Shown piece after piece: positions 13,830-16,690 of a DNA stretch of 16,690 nt. The stretch lies in NCBI GenBank assembly GCA_045105515.1, contig JBGCDR010000173.1, positions 1 to 16,690 of the forward strand, read 5' to 3'. Positions within the stretch are counted from its first letter, which is position 1; each line of letters opens with the position of its first letter. This DNA comes from Oligoflexales bacterium. GTDB taxonomy: Bacteria; Bdellovibrionota_B; Oligoflexia; Oligoflexales; Bog-1112. The notes beneath the pieces were generated by a model that worked only from the letters and a program-made list of their open reading frames with translations, was not told where the DNA came from and searched no databases. The translations under genes and the position numbers were made by a program.

Positions 13830-16559
13830 ATGAAAACCCAAAGATTGAGATTTTTTATATTTATTTTTTTTCTAACATGGATCTTCTGTGGGTTTAAATC
13901 ACCTGCCTATGCTAGTTACATTTTGACTGATGACTTTCTAAGAAATCAATCCCATGGGGTCTTTCAGCTTACTTCTAACTCCAATTTACACAAGACTGCT
14001 CTTAAGAGCGGTAATTTTATCGACTCCAACCTGCCTGCAGGCTATCATTTAAGCCTTGTCGGTGGGTCAAGCTTGAAGCCATCTACTGCCAATGAGTTGG
14101 GTATCAATGAACTACATATTGATTCAAACGGAGAGCTGGAGATAAAAGGCGGCGAAAGTGAGATTTGTTCGCGCGCCCTAGATATTAGTGCCCAAAAAAT
14201 AGTTTTGAGTGGATCTCTTAACCTCAATTCCGGAAAAATCGAGGCTGAAACTCTAGTTATTAACAAGCAAGCCCACATAAACTTTGGTTTTGGGGTTACC
14301 TTGAACATTAAGAATCTAGAAGTACTTGGGGAGCTTAATGTTCCTAGTGTCCAGCGGCTTGAAGGTCTCCACCTCGGTAAAAATGCGTATCTTAGGGCTA
14401 GGGAGATACAGCTAACAAGTAGCAACCCTGAAAATTGGTTTTCCAGTGATGAACTTTCTGAACTCATTTGCGATGATCTTCATGTTACTAGTCATAACTT
14501 TTCTTCAAAAGGCATAATCAAAACAAAGCGTGCTCATCTTGATCTATACCAAGGAAACTTTCATCGTGGTTCACAGACGGAAGCGAAGCAACTCTTCTTG
14601 TCTTCAGGTAGCGAAGTTTCCTTTAAACACAGTCAAATTATCGCTGATAAGCTTGCATTTCTGGGCAAAAAACTGAAGATTTCCTCCTTTTCTAGGGTTG
14701 AGTCCAAAGAAAGTCTGAGCAGTGTTTTGGAAAGCCTTGACCTTGAACAAACGACTTTAGATTCGGCAGTTATGGAACTCAACACCCAGTACTTCAAAGT
14801 AGGAGGAGATGTTAGTTTTATAAGCAACGTTTTCTTCTTAGAGGGAAGGAGAAGTATAAGTCTTTTTGGCCATCGTAACAAAATTAAGGCAAATGCAGTC
14901 TACGTGAATTCTTACCATGGGGAAGTCTATAGTAGCTTTGAATTTCAACTTAATAATGAATACACGGACGAGCAGGTTAAAAGCGCGGTGTTGTCTTACC
15001 CTAAACTTTTGACTATCTCTAGAAGCATCGATGAAAACGAAGAAGAAGATCAACGACCAAGCATTTTCTACTTACGTTCAGGCAAAGGTGATGTGGGTCT
15101 TGACTCCTACAATGTGCCTTATAAAATAGTGGCTCTTGATGCTCAAGAGTCAGTTCACCTTGCCACAAAACTTAGACTTAAGCCAGATTGTTTTCTTGGA
15201 ATTAAAGCTTCAGATTTTGAGCTTAGAAGGAATTTAAATCTGAGTAAGCTTAATATTCAAACATCTAATATTCTTAACTTATCCAGTACAGGAAATCTTA
15301 ATGTAGATTCCATGTCCCTTCTCGGACGAATAGTTACCGTTGATGGAAATATTGAAACTTATGATTTGGAGATGTTTGGGCGGGATAAGCTTGTAATAGG
15401 TCCTTCTGCAATTAATGCAGTGAAGGCGGCATTAGGTTCCAGCCGATATTTAAACCTTCGGCAGCTTTCGCAGCTAAAAATCTTAGAACAGCTCGAAATT
15501 AAAAATGATGAACAACGGCTTGTTCTTGGAGGAGCTATCACCGCTTCGATTGTGGATATTTTAGCCCAAGATATACAAAGCTCAAAAAAATCCCGGATCG
15601 AGAAAGCTCAGCGATTTAGTTCTGAGAGCATCGATTCTACGTACTTATCTGGAAAAATTGGTCTTAATGAAGGAGGAGAGATTTACCTAAAGGGTTCTAG
15701 TATAGGTATGGAAAATGCTCATGTCTATGCCCCTTCTTCGGCAAATAATGAGTCATCTGCAAGAATGTATGTAGAAGCTAGCAAGGGCTCTGTAACCCTG
15801 AAAGATACCGTGCTGGATGGTATTAAACAACTTGATTTTAAGGCTAAAGAAGACATTGTCTTAGCTAAGAGTACGAGAATTAATGATGCTCAAAAGGTCA
15901 ACTTTTCCGCTCGAAATATCGATCTTGATGGAGTAATTAAAGCAGATCAGGTTACTGCAACAGCGAGAAAAATTAATTATCGAGGAAAAATAATCGATGC
16001 TAATGAGGTTGATTTTTTTGCTGATGAATCCATCGATATCGCGACTTATTCTCTATTGCAAGTCACTCATAGATTGCGAATTCATGGGGATGCAAAAGTA
16101 GCCATTTCGGGAAGTGTTCTTACAAAAATACTGGATGTATGCTCCGCTGAATTTAATCTTTTACGTTCGGGTGATCTAACAGTTGATCAAAAAGCAATTA
16201 TTTACACTTATGCATGGACTAAGATGCAGGGCTTAGTTAATTTTGCAAAGGCCGAAGCGCAAATAAAAGCTGGTGAATCAGTAGAGATCGATAATACTTT
16301 TCTATATAAAAATCTAGGAATATCAGGTTTAGAGGATACCCAACTTGAAAGCCTATTACTCGGAAAGAATGCCGTTTTACTAGAAAATTCAGAGTTGAAA
16401 AAAATTGGTTTGAGGGGAGGCTCTAATTGGTTGGAAAAACGTTTAAAACAGCACAATCTTTCGTTCTTAGATTTGAACAAACCAGAAGACTTAGCAACCA
16501 TCATTGAAAAAGAAGTTTCTAGTCCTGAGTGGCGCGAGATGGCGCTACCACTTTCTTGA
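13830..16559 (+). CDS. Secreted beta-helix (filamentous-haemagglutinin-like) exoprotein, 909 aa, possibly truncated
   Basis: Signal peptide MKTQRLRFFIFIFFLTWIFCGFKSPAYA. Long run of short alternating-hydrophobic strands with G/N/S turns (LNLNSGKIEAETLVIN, IDLDGVIKADQVTATARKINYRGKI). Starts 24 nt after the previous stop. The fold is inferred from pattern only. Confidence 0.7.
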   Translation: MKTQRLRFFIFIFFLTWIFCGFKSPAYASYILTDDFLRNQSHGVFQLTSNSNLHKTALKSGNFIDSNLPAGYHLSLVGGSSLKPSTANELGINELHIDSNGELEIKGGESEICSRALDISAQKIVLSGSLNLNSGKIEAETLVINKQAHINFGFGVTLNIKNLEVLGELNVPSVQRLEGLHLGKNAYLRAREIQLTSSNPENWFSSDELSELICDDLHVTSHNFSSKGIIKTKRAHLDLYQGNFHRGSQTEAKQLFLSSGSEVSFKHSQIIADKLAFLGKKLKISSFSRVESKESLSSVLESLDLEQTTLDSAVMELNTQYFKVGGDVSFISNVFFLEGRRSISLFGHRNKIKANAVYVNSYHGEVYSSFEFQLNNEYTDEQVKSAVLSYPKLLTISRSIDENEEEDQRPSIFYLRSGKGDVGLDSYNVPYKIVALDAQESVHLATKLRLKPDCFLGIKASDFELRRNLNLSKLNIQTSNILNLSSTGNLNVDSMSLLGRIVTVDGNIETYDLEMFGRDKLVIGPSAINAVKAALGSSRYLNLRQLSQLKILEQLEIKNDEQRLVLGGAITASIVDILAQDIQSSKKSRIEKAQRFSSESIDSTYLSGKIGLNEGGEIYLKGSSIGMENAHVYAPSSANNESSARMYVEASKGSVTLKDTVLDGIKQLDFKAKEDIVLAKSTRINDAQKVNFSARNIDLDGVIKADQVTATARKINYRGKIIDANEVDFFADESIDIATYSLLQVTHRLRIHGDAKVAISGSVLTKILDVCSAEFNLLRSGDLTVDQKAIIYTYAWTKMQGLVNFAKAEAQIKAGESVEIDNTFLYKNLGISGLEDTQLESLLLGKNAVLLENSELKKIGLRGGSNWLEKRLKQHNLSFLDLNKPEDLATIIEKEVSSPEWREMALPLS

Positions 16560-16690
16560 ATTCAATAAGAAAATGCAAAAATAATCTTGCCGTCCAGAAT
16601 TCAAAACAAATTTGTGCTTGAAAAAAATATTTTCATCAAAATTCCCCTTCCTAAGATGTGTTTAAGAGCTAATAAGAGAAAAATCTTAAG

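Noticed and set aside
6669..16504. Many 60-145-aa antisense or alternate-frame ORFs
   Set aside because: All overlap long sense genes and show no motifs; treated as shadows.
13830..16559. Firm call as CdiA/FhaB two-partner secretion substrate
   Set aside because: No NPNG-type TPS motif, no VENN motif and no TpsB gene in the window; only a generic beta-helix pattern is supported.

Overview
AT-rich bacterial DNA read in the standard code. The window opens in the right end of an IS21-family element (last codons of istB plus a terminal repeat). Then come a secreted eukaryote-like C2-domain protein (370-876) and a lipoprotein GH16 beta-1,3-glucanase with two copies of an unrecognised ~160-aa domain and Gly/Ser/Thr linkers (1390-3645). 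On the minus strand are an SF2 DEAH helicase that unusually carries a signal-peptide-like N-terminus and an NLS-like KKRK, and a small basic secreted protein. From ~6757 to the end is a tightly spaced + strand cluster of three large signal-peptide proteins: a tandem P-loop GTPase/coiled-coil protein split by one in-frame TGA at 8434-8436, an 879-aa Cys/His-motif protein, and a haemagglutinin-like beta-helix protein whose frame reopens after its stop. Every gene outside the IS has a predicted export signal, including enzymes that normally work in the cytoplasm. The best candidate for an undescribed system is an exported tandem-GTPase (possibly dynamin-like) operon within an island of putative eukaryote-directed exoproteins. 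All calls come from motifs read by eye; no database searches were run.
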